This document shows positions 18,174-28,239 of a stretch of 64,000 bases of DNA, piece by piece (the first letter of the stretch is position 1; every line of letters starts with the position of its first letter). The stretch spans positions 1 through 64,000 of the forward strand of contig JBMFIG010000002.1 of the NCBI GenBank assembly GCA_049976425.1, in the 5' to 3' direction. The notes beneath the pieces are model-generated. The model saw nothing but the letters and a program-made list of their open reading frames with translations. It did no database searches and was not told where the DNA came from. Both the position numbers and the translations under genes were made by a program. Source of the DNA: Thermoproteus sp. (lineage in GTDB: Archaea; Thermoproteota; Thermoprotei; Thermoproteales; Thermoproteaceae).

Positions 18174-19579
18174 GGCCTGACCACGCCGCGTATTTTTGCG
18201 TACTCGTAGAGCGCCCACAGGGCCTTGGCGGCTCTATCAGGCGTCGAGTACGTGGGTATCTCGGCGTCCTCCAACGTCTTGGTGAACGACTGGACCATCT
18301 CGCTCCCTCCGAAGTTCACCACCGCTATCGGCTTCTTGAACCTCTTGGCGTCGATTATGTACTCGGCCAAGTTCTGGGTGAGACCGGGCACCTGCATCAA
18401 GGTGACGACCAAAGCCATGTCGAAAAACGCCGTGGGCAACAACGCCTCCAGGACAACCTTGTAGTGCTGGTCCGTCGCCGACCCGGTCACGTCCACCGGA
18501 TTGCCCAGCGCCGAAAACGGGAGGAGCTCCCTCCTCAGATCCCGCCTTATCGACTCCGGTATCTCCGGCACCTCAAGGCCCAAGGCCTCCAACGCGTCCA
18601 CAGCCTGTATGCCCATCCCGCCCGAATCCGTCAAGACCAAGACGCGGTTGCCTCTGGGAAGCGGCTGGGTGGCCAGAGCCTTGGCCATGTCGAACATATC
18701 CCTGAGGTTGGCCGCCTCGATTATGCCCGCCTGTCTGAAGAGGCCTCTATACATCTCGTAGCTGCCGGCCAACGCGGCTGTGTGGGACTTCACGGCCCTC
18801 TGGGCGGCGGCGCCCCTCCCCGCCTTGTAGGCTATTATGGGCTTCTTCTTGGCCACCTCGCGCGCCGCGTCTAGGAACCTCTTGGCCTCGCCCGGGTATT
18901 TGAAGCCCTCCACGTAAATAGTGATGACCTTTATCCGATCGTCCCTCTCGAAATATCTGAGGAGCTCCACGTCGCCTACATCGGCCTTGTTCCCGTAGTT
19001 CACCATGATCGAGAGGCCTATGCCTCTTCTGGCCGCCCAGTCCATTATGGACGCAGCCACGGCGCCGCTCTGGCTTATCAACGCCAGAGGGCCTGCGGGC
19101 GGCCTCCCGGCGCGTTCGGCCGGCAGAAAGACCGTGTCGAAGCCGTCGAAGGCGTTGTAGACCCCGAGGCAGTTGGGGCCCAGCAGTCTGATGCCGTACA
19201 TCTTGCCAAGAGCCCTCAGCTCGTCCTCCAGCTCCTTGTTGCCGACCTCGGCGAAGCCGCTACTTATTATTATCGCGGCCTTCACGCCCTTCTTGCCCGC
19301 CTCCTCGAGCACCTGCGGCACGACCTGGGCCGGCACGGCGATTATGACGACGTCTACGGGGTCGGGGATCTCCGATATGGACTTGTAGAACTTGAACTGC
19401 TTCCCCCAGGCCTCGACGACGTCGTATTTGGGGTTCACGAAATACGCCTTGCCCTTGAACCTGTTGGCCAGGTTTTCGAATATGACGTAGCCCACAGACG
19501 CTTGTTTCGGCGAGGCGCCGACCAGCGCGACGGATTTCGGCGAAATAAGAGGAGCCAAGTCGTCTTGTCCCGAGGACAT
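18170..19579 (-). CDS. acdA: Acetate-CoA ligase (ADP-forming), alpha subunit
   Basis: PKSVALVGAS, GPNCLG, SQSGA, SHTAALAG (phospho-His) and NPVDVTG. Confidence 0.93.
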   Translation of the reverse strand: MSSGQDDLAPLISPKSVALVGASPKQASVGYVIFENLANRFKGKAYFVNPKYDVVEAWGKQFKFYKSISEIPDPVDVVIIAVPAQVVPQVLEEAGKKGVKAAIIISSGFAEVGNKELEDELRALGKMYGIRLLGPNCLGVYNAFDGFDTVFLPAERAGRPPAGPLALISQSGAVAASIMDWAARRGIGLSIMVNYGNKADVGDVELLRYFERDDRIKVITIYVEGFKYPGEAKRFLDAAREVAKKKPIIAYKAGRGAAAQRAVKSHTAALAGSYEMYRGLFRQAGIIEAANLRDMFDMAKALATQPLPRGNRVLVLTDSGGMGIQAVDALEALGLEVPEIPESIRRDLRRELLPFSALGNPVDVTGSATDQHYKVVLEALLPTAFFDMALVVTLMQVPGLTQNLAEYIIDAKRFKKPIAVVNFGGSEMVQSFTKTLEDAEIPTYSTPDRAAKALWALYEYAKIRGVVRP

Positions 19580-19880
19580 GCCGTAACTCTAATTTTGGGA
19601 TTAAAAAACTTTCTATGAGTTATATCGATAGATATAATAAATGAAATTTTTATTTCTAAAATATAAATAAATTTAGAAATTATCATAATATAAATATATA
19701 GATGAATAGAGTATATAGAGTGTTATGAGTAGGGCTAATGGTATAAGGCTCAGATAACAGTCCAAATATACTCACGGCGGATTAGGAATCTCCAAGCTAG
19801 GGCCTCCGGCTCCTTAAGGGCTACATGCCGCGTCTCGGATAGGCGGCGCTACGTATATATCTATCCAAAGGCTCTGTCTA

Positions 19881-20102
19881 GTGCCGGCCCGTAGGTACAC
19901 CACTGTATCGATACCGTATCAGCTGTACAAGAAGCTGGAGGAGCTGATAGCCGGGACGGGCTTCTCGTCGGTCTCGGAGTTCGTCGTATATGTGTTGAGG
20001 GAGGTCGTGGCCCTTAAGGAACGCCGCGGGGCCGGGCCCGAGCTCACCGAGGAGGAGCTGAAAGAGCTGGAGGAGAAGTTAAGGGCGTTGGGCTACCTCT
20101 AG
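19881..20102 (+). CDS. Ribbon-helix-helix (CopG/NikR-like) DNA-binding protein
   Basis: YTTVSIP..LYKKL...GFSSVSEFV.YVLRE and a C-terminal LRALGYL. Confidence 0.85.
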   Translation: MPARRYTTVSIPYQLYKKLEELIAGTGFSSVSEFVVYVLREVVALKERRGAGPELTEEELKELEEKLRALGYL

Positions 20103-20812
20103 ACGTGGTATAGCGCGGCTAGAATCGCCGTAAGTAGAGCGGATCTCGCCAGCTCGCGCCAGCCCATCCTCGCTATGTCCTTGCCGCTTCTGTACTTGAC
20201 GTTGTTGGCTATATTCGCGGCGAACTTGGCGGTGGGCTCTACGGCGGCTACCAGCAACAACGGCCTGACGGCCCCCGCCGCGATCACTGCAGGTATCCAG
20301 GGAGCCAGCGCGCTCCAAGGCGATACGTTCCTGAAGGCGAGCCTCGACTCGACGTAGTACGCAGTGGCTACGTGGTAGCCGACGAATAGGGCGTATACGG
20401 CGTAGTCGACAACGCCGAGGGAGGGGTCGACCATGGACTTCGCCAGGAGGAAGATCGACGAGAGCATGGCGGTGCCCAAGACGACGCCGGGCACCGACCT
20501 GGCCAGGCCGCGCGCGGCGAGGACGACATATACAGCGAATACGAGCGCCGCTACGGCAAACGCCGGGGGGCTCCAGAGCCCCAACGCGATCGCCGCCACA
20601 TAGGGGACCACGTTCGCCGCCATGAGGCCCCAGGTCCTGGGCCGCGGCCTAAGTATGGAATTGAATATGGGATCGAAGGTCGTCAAGTGGAGGGCGTAGG
20701 CGACGGCGGCGAGGAGGGCTCCTGCCGGCTCTATCTTGGGCGCGGCGCCGGCCAGAGCAAGCGCGAACGAGAAGGTCAATATCCCCAACACGCTCCTCTC
20801 TCTGGGCAACAT
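20099..20812 (-). CDS. Polytopic membrane protein (possibly YwiC-like)
   Basis: About 8 hydrophobic segments. The family guess is weak and rests only on the LP.E N-terminus. Confidence 0.65.
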   Translation of the reverse strand: MLPRERSVLGILTFSFALALAGAAPKIEPAGALLAAVAYALHLTTFDPIFNSILRPRPRTWGLMAANVVPYVAAIALGLWSPPAFAVAALVFAVYVVLAARGLARSVPGVVLGTAMLSSIFLLAKSMVDPSLGVVDYAVYALFVGYHVATAYYVESRLAFRNVSPWSALAPWIPAVIAAGAVRPLLLVAAVEPTAKFAANIANNVKYRSGKDIARMGWRELARSALLTAILAALYHV

Positions 20813-20859
20813 ACGACACGCCGATTTCCGGTGAAATATTTATTGAGGACGTAGTTGTC

Positions 20860-22800
20860 GTGTTCGCGGTCGTCCGGGCTTATTTCAAGGACGGCGTATG
20901 TATCCCCTCCCGCGAGGGGGATGGCTATAACCTATGCGGGAGGGGGGACCTGAGGCTTCTTGTGGACGGAGACGGCTCCTCGGGCGTCGTCGGCGTCGAG
21001 GCCAACGCCGACGCGGAGCTCGCGGACTGGCCTCTGGACATATCGGTCAAGGCCGACGCGTCGGCATTCGTCGCGCTTACAAACGCGCAGATCTACGACG
21101 GGCCTTGGCAGTGCAACCAGGCCTATGTGGGCAAGGGCAACCCGGAGGAGTGCGCCGCGTTTCCCTCCAACTACCCGAAGAAGCCGTCGGCGGAGCTCGA
21201 CGTGGCGAAGTGGTGGATACAGCCTTGGGCGACTCCCTACTTCGGCGAGGATTTCCCCGACCTCTTGCCGTTCACCGTTGCGTTGCTGGCCTCCCTAAAG
21301 GACGGCGGCTATTTGGCCCTGCTCGCCGCCTCGTCGGGCGATCTCAGCGGCTATCTCTGGAGCGGCTGGACGGCGAAGGCCTATATGGGAGTAGAGTCCA
21401 GACGCATAGGGCGGTCCTGGATATTGGCGTACGGCCTCTCCGGCGATCCCTACGAGGCCTTGAGGAGGGCCTGGAGAGCTCTCGCGGCCCGCGCCAATTT
21501 AAGGCTGAGGGCCGACAAGCGGCGGCCCGAGTTCCTGAACTACCTGGGCTGGTGTAGCTGGAACGCGTTCCTTGCAGACGTCTCGGGCCCCGGCGTGGTG
21601 GACGTTGTGAGGGGTCTGAGGGAGAGGGGCGTGCCCGTGGTCTGGGCGTTGATAGACGACGGGTGGCAGAGGGAGAGGAAGGTGGAGCAGCCGTGTTGCC
21701 TCAACAGGGTGTTGATCTCGTTGAGGCCGGACGAGGGGAAGTTCCCCGGCGGCTTCGAAAAGACCGTGGAGGGCTTGAGATCGCTCGGCGTGAGGTGGGT
21801 CGGCCTCTGGCACACGTTGAACGTCCACTGGGGCGGCTTCGACGAGAGCGTCGAGAGGGAGCTGGGCGTCGCCGGGATCCCCTACGCGGCGGCGAAGGCC
21901 CCGCCGCCTGCGTTCCCCGAGGCCCTCCTCCTCTACAAACGGCTCTACGCAGACCTTAGAGGGTTCGACTTCGTCAAGGTCGACAACCAGTGCTCCGCGA
22001 GGCTGATAGCGCGCTACGCACGCGAGAAGGTGGGCAGGGCGTCGGCCTCGCTCCAGACGGCGCTCCAGCTAGCCGCCGACCAGTCCGGCCTGTCCGTGCT
22101 AAACTGCATGTCCATGAACCCGGAGAACTACAGCAACTACTTCTCGAGCAACGTCATGAGGACCTCCAACGACTATCTGCCCTACTGGCGCGAGGGGGCG
22201 CGGCTACACGCCATATCCAACGCATACGGCTCCCTATTCTTCTCCGAGGTCGTCTGGCCCGACTTCGACATGTTCTCCAGCTACGATCCCCACGCGAAGC
22301 TCCACCTAGTGCTCAGAGTCTTCAGCGGAGGCCCCGTGTATATAACCGACAGAGATCCCGCCAAGACCAACGCGGATCTCTTGAAGATGGCGGTCTTGCC
22401 CAACGGAGAGGTCGTGAGGGTGGACTTCCCCGCGGTCCCGACGCGCGACGTGCTCTTCGACAACCCCTACAGAGGCCGCCGCCTCTTGAAGCTCGCCTCG
22501 ACCGTGAGAGGCAAGGCGGCCGTCGCCATATGCAACGTGTCGGACAGAAGAGCGGCCGACTTCCTGAGCGCCGGGTCGTTGCCCTTCGAGTACGTCCCCG
22601 AGGTCTACTACAAGGTCTTCTCGCGCGAGGGCGGCAGGTTGCAGAGCGGAGGCGTCGAGGTGGAGCTGGAGCCCCTGGACTGCGAGGTGGTGATCTTGTC
22701 GAGGGCGGGGCTCATAGGGCTCGCCGAATATATACTGCCGCCCTACCCCGTAGTGGACGGGAGGCCCATAGCGCCGGGAACCCCGGTGGAGATCAGATGA
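20860..22800 (+). CDS. Alpha-galactosidase, raffinose synthase/Sip1-type (GH36)
   Basis: GWCSWNAF, LIDDGWQ, FVKVDNQ, RTSND, PDFDMF and SGGPVYITD. Confidence 0.9.
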   Translation: MFAVVRAYFKDGVCIPSREGDGYNLCGRGDLRLLVDGDGSSGVVGVEANADAELADWPLDISVKADASAFVALTNAQIYDGPWQCNQAYVGKGNPEECAAFPSNYPKKPSAELDVAKWWIQPWATPYFGEDFPDLLPFTVALLASLKDGGYLALLAASSGDLSGYLWSGWTAKAYMGVESRRIGRSWILAYGLSGDPYEALRRAWRALAARANLRLRADKRRPEFLNYLGWCSWNAFLADVSGPGVVDVVRGLRERGVPVVWALIDDGWQRERKVEQPCCLNRVLISLRPDEGKFPGGFEKTVEGLRSLGVRWVGLWHTLNVHWGGFDESVERELGVAGIPYAAAKAPPPAFPEALLLYKRLYADLRGFDFVKVDNQCSARLIARYAREKVGRASASLQTALQLAADQSGLSVLNCMSMNPENYSNYFSSNVMRTSNDYLPYWREGARLHAISNAYGSLFFSEVVWPDFDMFSSYDPHAKLHLVLRVFSGGPVYITDRDPAKTNADLLKMAVLPNGEVVRVDFPAVPTRDVLFDNPYRGRRLLKLASTVRGKAAVAICNVSDRRAADFLSAGSLPFEYVPEVYYKVFSREGGRLQSGGVEVELEPLDCEVVILSRAGLIGLAEYILPPYPVVDGRPIAPGTPVEIR

Positions 22801-24802
22801 CGACCCTATCCGTGAACGAGCCGACGGCTATCTCGCGGATCCGGCCCCCTCTGTACTCGACGACCTTGTCCACGCGTTTAGGCTTCGAGAGGGCCAGCAC
22901 GCCGCCGTCGCGCTGGATGACTGTGCCGTCCCTTAGCTTTATCCTTCCGCCGTCGCCGAAGACAAGCACGTCGAGCCCGTTGTCTGAGGCCAGAGGCACC
23001 ACGGCGCCCTCCCTCACGTATATGGGGAGCTCGTCGGAGTTCTCCACCCACACCGGCCCCTCGTGAATCTCGCCGGTCCAGAAATCCGCCCAGCGGCCTC
23101 TCGGCAGATATATCGGCCTCTTGGCCTCCTTCCAGAGCAGAGGGGCGTAGAGTATGTAGGGCCCGACGTAGTACTCGTCGTACATGGCGTGGACGTTCTC
23201 GTCGTCTTGGTGGTAGTAGGCGAGAGGCCTCAAGATGGGCCTCCCCTCCTCGTGGGCCTCGAGGGAGAGCGCCGAGAGGTACGGCAAGAACCTATACCTC
23301 AGCCTCACAACTCTGACGACCTTCTCGCGCCATCTGTCCGGCAGTTCGTAGATCTCCCTATCGGGAGTGTCGGGCGCTCTGTGGGACCTAAAGAGGGGGA
23401 AGAACAGCGCTATCTGGTAATACCTGACGAGCAGATCCATATCGTTGACGTAGGGCGATTTGTAGTGCCTATGCCCCGCGAACGAGCCTATGTCGAAGCC
23501 GGCGTACGGCACGCCGCTGACCGATAGGCCGAGCACGATGGCCGTCTGCAGCCTCAGATCCTCCCAGCTGGGAGCGTTGTCGCCGGTCCACACCGCGGCG
23601 TAGCGCTGTATCCCCGCCGAGCCTGCGCGCGAGAGGATGAAGGGCTCTCTGCCGGCCTCGGCGAGCCCCCTAAACGTGGCCTCTGCCTGGAAGACGGAGT
23701 AGTAGTTGTGGGCCTCCGCGTGCCTCACGCGCCTCCCGCCCGCGTCGTGTAGCGCCTCCGGATCCAAGGCGCAGTCCCTCTGCGGCTCCCCCAGAGCGGT
23801 CGGCTCGTTCATGTCGAGCCATATGCCGTCCACGCCCCACTCCTCGGCCCAACGCCTCACTCTCTCCGCCCACCACGATCTGGCCTCGGGCTTGAGGAAG
23901 TCGATCCAGGCCGACTTGCCGGGCCACATGGCCCCGGTGTAGATCTCCCCGTTTTTGGTCTCGACGAAGAGGCCCAACGCCTCGCGGAACACGGGATATC
24001 TCTGGTCCACCTTCAACACAGGGTTCAGTATAGTCACGAGCCTGGCGCCCATCTTGTGGAGCTCCTCGGCGAGTTGCCGGGGGCTCGGGAACTTCTGGGG
24101 ATCCCACGTAAAGGCCTTGTAGCCGTCCATGTAGTCTATGTCGAGATACACAGCGGACACCGGTACCCCCATCTCCACATGCCTCCTGACCACCTCCACG
24201 ACCCTCTCCTGGGGATAGTACGAGTACCTGCTTATCTGGTACCCGAGTGCCCACTCCGGCATGAGGAACGGCATGCCGGTGAGGCGGAAGTACCTCCTCA
24301 ACACGTCCTCGATCTTGGGGCCCCCAATGACGAACAGCTCCACGGAGTCCTCCGGCACGAATACGGTCAGCCTATCGTATCTGTAGAGCCCCGCGTCCAC
24401 GAATATGCGCGACGCGGAGTTGATGAAATAGCCCGTGGCCTTCGCCGCATCGAAGACGATGAGGAAGGGCACGGAGACGTACATGGGATCCACGTACCAC
24501 CCGTACCTCGCGACGCAGCCGACGTCGACGTTCCAGAGCTGGAAGAACCCCCTCCTCCTATCCAGATCGAAGGCCTTCTCGCCGAGGCCGTAGACGTGCT
24601 CGTCTAACGAGAGCGGCCGCGACAGGACAAGCCCCTTCAAGCCGGCGTAGGCCTCTAGGCGGAACGGGAACTCCCCCTCGGCGATTGAGAGCTCCGGAGG
24701 GGGCTCGGCCGGCTTCCCGGAAAAGGGTATATCCATAAGGGGCGCCGGATCGTTGATCCTCAGCCTGAGGACCTCTCCGTCGGACTCGGCAAGAATCTTC
24801 AC
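22793..24802 (-). CDS. Alpha-glucosidase, GH31
   Basis: YGLGE, LDIDYMDG, GIWLDMNEP, WTGDN and FRSH. Confidence 0.93.
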   Translation of the reverse strand: MKILAESDGEVLRLRINDPAPLMDIPFSGKPAEPPPELSIAEGEFPFRLEAYAGLKGLVLSRPLSLDEHVYGLGEKAFDLDRRRGFFQLWNVDVGCVARYGWYVDPMYVSVPFLIVFDAAKATGYFINSASRIFVDAGLYRYDRLTVFVPEDSVELFVIGGPKIEDVLRRYFRLTGMPFLMPEWALGYQISRYSYYPQERVVEVVRRHVEMGVPVSAVYLDIDYMDGYKAFTWDPQKFPSPRQLAEELHKMGARLVTILNPVLKVDQRYPVFREALGLFVETKNGEIYTGAMWPGKSAWIDFLKPEARSWWAERVRRWAEEWGVDGIWLDMNEPTALGEPQRDCALDPEALHDAGGRRVRHAEAHNYYSVFQAEATFRGLAEAGREPFILSRAGSAGIQRYAAVWTGDNAPSWEDLRLQTAIVLGLSVSGVPYAGFDIGSFAGHRHYKSPYVNDMDLLVRYYQIALFFPLFRSHRAPDTPDREIYELPDRWREKVVRVVRLRYRFLPYLSALSLEAHEEGRPILRPLAYYHQDDENVHAMYDEYYVGPYILYAPLLWKEAKRPIYLPRGRWADFWTGEIHEGPVWVENSDELPIYVREGAVVPLASDNGLDVLVFGDGGRIKLRDGTVIQRDGGVLALSKPKRVDKVVEYRGGRIREIAVGSFTDRVVI

Positions 24803-24837
24803 GAAAAGGAGGGGGATTGAGGCCGATTAAAAAGAGT

Positions 24838-26754
24838 TTATACCTGCTCAATCTTCTCTATCACCTCGTCCTCGCCCGACTTGCTCAGCATCCTCCTCAA
24901 CGCAAGCGCTAGGCCGGCGGCGGAGACCCCGCCCGCGGCGGCCGCGGCGTCGGTCTTCGTTATGGGCACTCCGTTGATTATGGCCACTATCGGCGTCTTG
25001 ACTACCGCCGTCACGGTCTGGCTCGGGCCGGCCACGGTCAGATTGGTGGTCACGTGCACGCGGTTGCCCACGTTGACCGCCAGCGTGTAGGCTCCCTCGA
25101 GCACTCCGCCGAACGTCACAGACCCGCTACTGTCCGTAGTCCCGCTGGCGGGGAAGCCGTTTATCGACACCTGGGCGTTGGGTATGGGCTGGTTAAAGGC
25201 GCCTACGACGACCACCTTCACGTTGTATATGCCCAGCTGCACCACGTGCTGGCTGAAGTCCAACGACTGCACCAGGACGTTGGCCGCCGGGACGCCCTTG
25301 TAGGCTATCTGCACGGAGACGGGCCCGGGCTGGTATACGTAGACGCTCACTACGCCGTTGGAGACCGCCACGTTGTACTGGCCGGCGGTGGCGGTGATGT
25401 CGCTTACAACTCCGCCGAACTTGTTGGCCACGGTTATCGTCAGCGGGCTCCAGTCGATCACGAACGTGTAGACGCCGGTCTCGGCAGTGTTGCCCTCCTG
25501 CACCACTATATACGCCTCGTGTCCGTCGGGGCTTATGGAGGCCATCCTCACGCCGCCGCCCCACACCAGCTGGACGTCGGTGGCGTTGGTTATCACGGCG
25601 TTGCCCGGCGTCTTTATCGACACTATCTTAGCGAGGGCGGGTAGCTGGAGCACTACGGCGGTCCACACGCCGTCGGACACATCGGCTTGCGTGACGTTAA
25701 CCAGCGCCCTGTCGGGCAACCAGGTGACCTGCGCAGCCTTGTAGACTATGGGTATGTATATCACGTTGACGGGGGAGTTCATCGTCGATGTCACGGTGAA
25801 GCTGTCGCCGTACACTATGGCTATCTTGTAGGTCAGTTGCGCTTGCCACAACGGCGGTATCAAGTAGCTCACGGACCTTATTATGAAGCTCAGCGTGTTG
25901 TTGTTCACTATGTCGACCAGGCCGCCGGATATGCTGATCTGGCCGCCCGCCTGTTGGCCCACCAGATTCACGTTGCCGGTGTACGCGAACACCACGTAGC
26001 CCAGCAACTGCCAGCCTTGCGGCACCCCTATCTGGGACCCGCTGACGGTCAGCTGGGAGTTGGGGCCGACGGTGGCCGTCTGTTGGGCCAGGCTCTTGAC
26101 CAGCAGTGCCGCCGGTAGCGAGGGGCCGCTGGCTATCACCACCTTATAGGTGCCGGGCTGCGTCAGCTCCACCACCTTGGGCTCCACGCGGTAGGCGCTC
26201 GCCGGCGACCCGTCGGGGAGCTCCACTGAGCTTATCACGTAGGGCGCGCCGGGATCCAGCCTAACGGTGGCGCTCTCCCCGAAGCCCTGCGGCAACTTCA
26301 CGTTGGGCAACGTGACGGTCAAGACGGTTCCGTTGGCCAGCGGGACGTACTGGTCGTAGGTGAACTGGTAGGTGACCTGTAGCTGTACCTGGACGTTGGT
26401 GTTGGCCGTGTTTATCAACATCACCTTGCTGGCGTCGGGGCCGACGTATACCGCCTGGAGGAAGCCCTCCGAGTTGTAGGACTTGCTGAAGAAGCCGTTG
26501 GCGGCCACCTGCACGGACGGGTAGACGCCTTGGAATTGTATCACCATGCCGCTGTAGGCGAAGCCGGAGCCGGGAGTCACGGCGGGCGGCGATATGGTGT
26601 AGGTGCCGCCGGGGCCTAGCTGTACGGTCAGCGTGACGGTTTTGTAGGCCAAGTACTGTATCTGTGCGTTGTAGGGGAAGACCACGTTTATCGGACCGGC
26701 TAGCGCGAGAGCCGCCAGCCCTATTAACGCTAAGGGCAGGAATTTTAGGCGCAT
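24838..26754 (-). CDS. Secreted, C-terminally membrane-anchored beta-rich surface protein
   Basis: Signal peptide, V/T/Q/N-rich composition, several NxS/T sequons, a carboxypeptidase-regulatory-like domain (PIPNAQV...GTTDSSG...G.YTL), then a TM and a charged tail. Confidence 0.78.
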   Translation of the reverse strand: MRLKFLPLALIGLAALALAGPINVVFPYNAQIQYLAYKTVTLTVQLGPGGTYTISPPAVTPGSGFAYSGMVIQFQGVYPSVQVAANGFFSKSYNSEGFLQAVYVGPDASKVMLINTANTNVQVQLQVTYQFTYDQYVPLANGTVLTVTLPNVKLPQGFGESATVRLDPGAPYVISSVELPDGSPASAYRVEPKVVELTQPGTYKVVIASGPSLPAALLVKSLAQQTATVGPNSQLTVSGSQIGVPQGWQLLGYVVFAYTGNVNLVGQQAGGQISISGGLVDIVNNNTLSFIIRSVSYLIPPLWQAQLTYKIAIVYGDSFTVTSTMNSPVNVIYIPIVYKAAQVTWLPDRALVNVTQADVSDGVWTAVVLQLPALAKIVSIKTPGNAVITNATDVQLVWGGGVRMASISPDGHEAYIVVQEGNTAETGVYTFVIDWSPLTITVANKFGGVVSDITATAGQYNVAVSNGVVSVYVYQPGPVSVQIAYKGVPAANVLVQSLDFSQHVVQLGIYNVKVVVVGAFNQPIPNAQVSINGFPASGTTDSSGSVTFGGVLEGAYTLAVNVGNRVHVTTNLTVAGPSQTVTAVVKTPIVAIINGVPITKTDAAAAAGGVSAAGLALALRRMLSKSGEDEVIEKIEQV

Positions 26755-26932
26755 GAGTCTCCGACGCCGTCATTTAATAAGACCTATGTACACCTTTAAC
26801 CAGTAGGATCTATATATCAGCTAAGTGATATTGTTTCTGGAAAATACCTTTATTTACCCGGCCCCGCGGGCCGGGCCCGACGCGCCCCGGCATAGCGGCG
26901 ATCCTAGCCGGCCGGCGGACAGCACGCGCCGA

Positions 26933-27271
26933 CTATCTGGACCCTCCGCGGAGGTAGCTGTCGCCGCCTCTCTCCCAGTCGTCGCGCCTAGGCGAGAAAA
27001 CGTCGACGACCACCAAGTCGGTGAGCGCTCTCACCTCGTGGGGGATCCCCGGCGGTATGTGCACGACCTCGCCCGCGGACACCTCCCGCGTCACGCCGCC
27101 GACTACGAAGAGGGCCTTGCCCTCGAGGATGAGGCTCATCTGCTCGTTCTCGTGGCTGTGCGCCGGCACGACGCAACCGGCCTTGATCCTGAACTGCGCC
27201 AGCGTGAGGTTCCTCCCCGATATATAGCGCCTCTCGATACATTCGTTGAGCCTCTCGAATACCCAACCCAT
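26933..27271 (-). CDS. Cupin domain protein
   Basis: PAHSHENEQ...G.V.HIPPGIPH and DVFSP.R.D. Confidence 0.9.
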   Translation of the reverse strand: MGWVFERLNECIERRYISGRNLTLAQFRIKAGCVVPAHSHENEQMSLILEGKALFVVGGVTREVSAGEVVHIPPGIPHEVRALTDLVVVDVFSPRRDDWERGGDSYLRGGSR

Positions 27272-27291
27272 AAGGGAAATACCAGCTCTAT

Positions 27292-28239
27292 TTAAAGCGA
27301 AGCCAGCTTAGCTAGATACTCCAGGTTGGCGACCACCTCCTTCTCCAGCTCCTCTATCTCCGCGTCGGTTAAGTGGGCGAACCTTCCCTGGAATTTCAAG
27401 AACTCCCTCAGCGGCTTCCTGCGCTTCGGATCGGCCACCATGTTCGAGGTGGGCGGGTTCAGCCTTATCTTCCCGTGGTCGTACTCGTACAGCGGGAAGT
27501 AGCCCGTCTCCACCGCCAGCCTAGCCGCCTCCACAGTCCGCTCCTCGGGGAAGCGCCAGCCCGGCGGGCAAGGCGCTATTATGTGCAGGAAGGTGGGGCC
27601 CTCCGCCGTGTACTCCAGCGCGGTCTTTATCTTGTTGGCCATGTCTATTATGTTCGAGATCGAGGCGGTGGCGGCGTAGGGCACCCTATGCGCCATCACG
27701 ATGCCCATTATGTCCTTCTTGGCCTGTATCTTGCCTCTTATGGCCTTCCCCACAGGCGTCGTGGTGGTCCAGGCGAAGCGCGGCGTGCCGCCGCTCCTCT
27801 GTATGCCGGTGTTCATATAGGCCTCGTTGTCATAAAGTATGTAAAGGACGTGGTGTCCCCTCTCCAGCATGCCGCTGAGGGACTGGAGGCCTATGTCGTA
27901 GGTCCCGCCGTCGCCGGCTATGACCACGACGTTCGTCTTGCCGGAGCTCCAGAGCCCCTTCTTGGACATGACCCTTATGGCCGAGTCGATGCCCGCGGCG
28001 GCCGCCGCGGCGTTCTCGAAGGCGACGTGCAGGTAGGGCACCATCCAAGCGGTCTCCGGGTACTGCGTGGTGGTCACCTCCATACAGCCTGTGGCGTTGA
28101 CCACGATGGTGTTCGGCCCGGCGGTCTTGGTTATCCACCTCATGGCGATGGCGGGTCCGCAACCCGCGCAGGCGCGGTGGCCGGAGGCGAAGAGCTCCTC
28201 GACGGGCAAGTCCCAGATGGCCTTATACACCACCTTCAT
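27292..28239 (-). CDS. porB: Pyruvate/2-oxoacid:ferredoxin oxidoreductase beta subunit
   Basis: GHRACAGCG, ATGCMEV, TPP motif GDG...DNEAYMNTG and PCPPGW. Confidence 0.93.
   Translation of the reverse strand: MKVVYKAIWDLPVEELFASGHRACAGCGPAIAMRWITKTAGPNTIVVNATGCMEVTTTQYPETAWMVPYLHVAFENAAAAAAGIDSAIRVMSKKGLWSSGKTNVVVIAGDGGTYDIGLQSLSGMLERGHHVLYILYDNEAYMNTGIQRSGGTPRFAWTTTTPVGKAIRGKIQAKKDIMGIVMAHRVPYAATASISNIIDMANKIKTALEYTAEGPTFLHIIAPCPPGWRFPEERTVEAARLAVETGYFPLYEYDHGKIRLNPPTSNMVADPKRRKPLREFLKFQGRFAHLTDAEIEELEKEVVANLEYLAKLASL

Noticed and set aside
26857-26875. Hairpin CCCGGCCC-CGC-GGGCCGGG as a terminator or ncRNA
   Set aside because: An 8-bp GC stem is plausible by chance here and no U-tract follows it on the transcribed strand.
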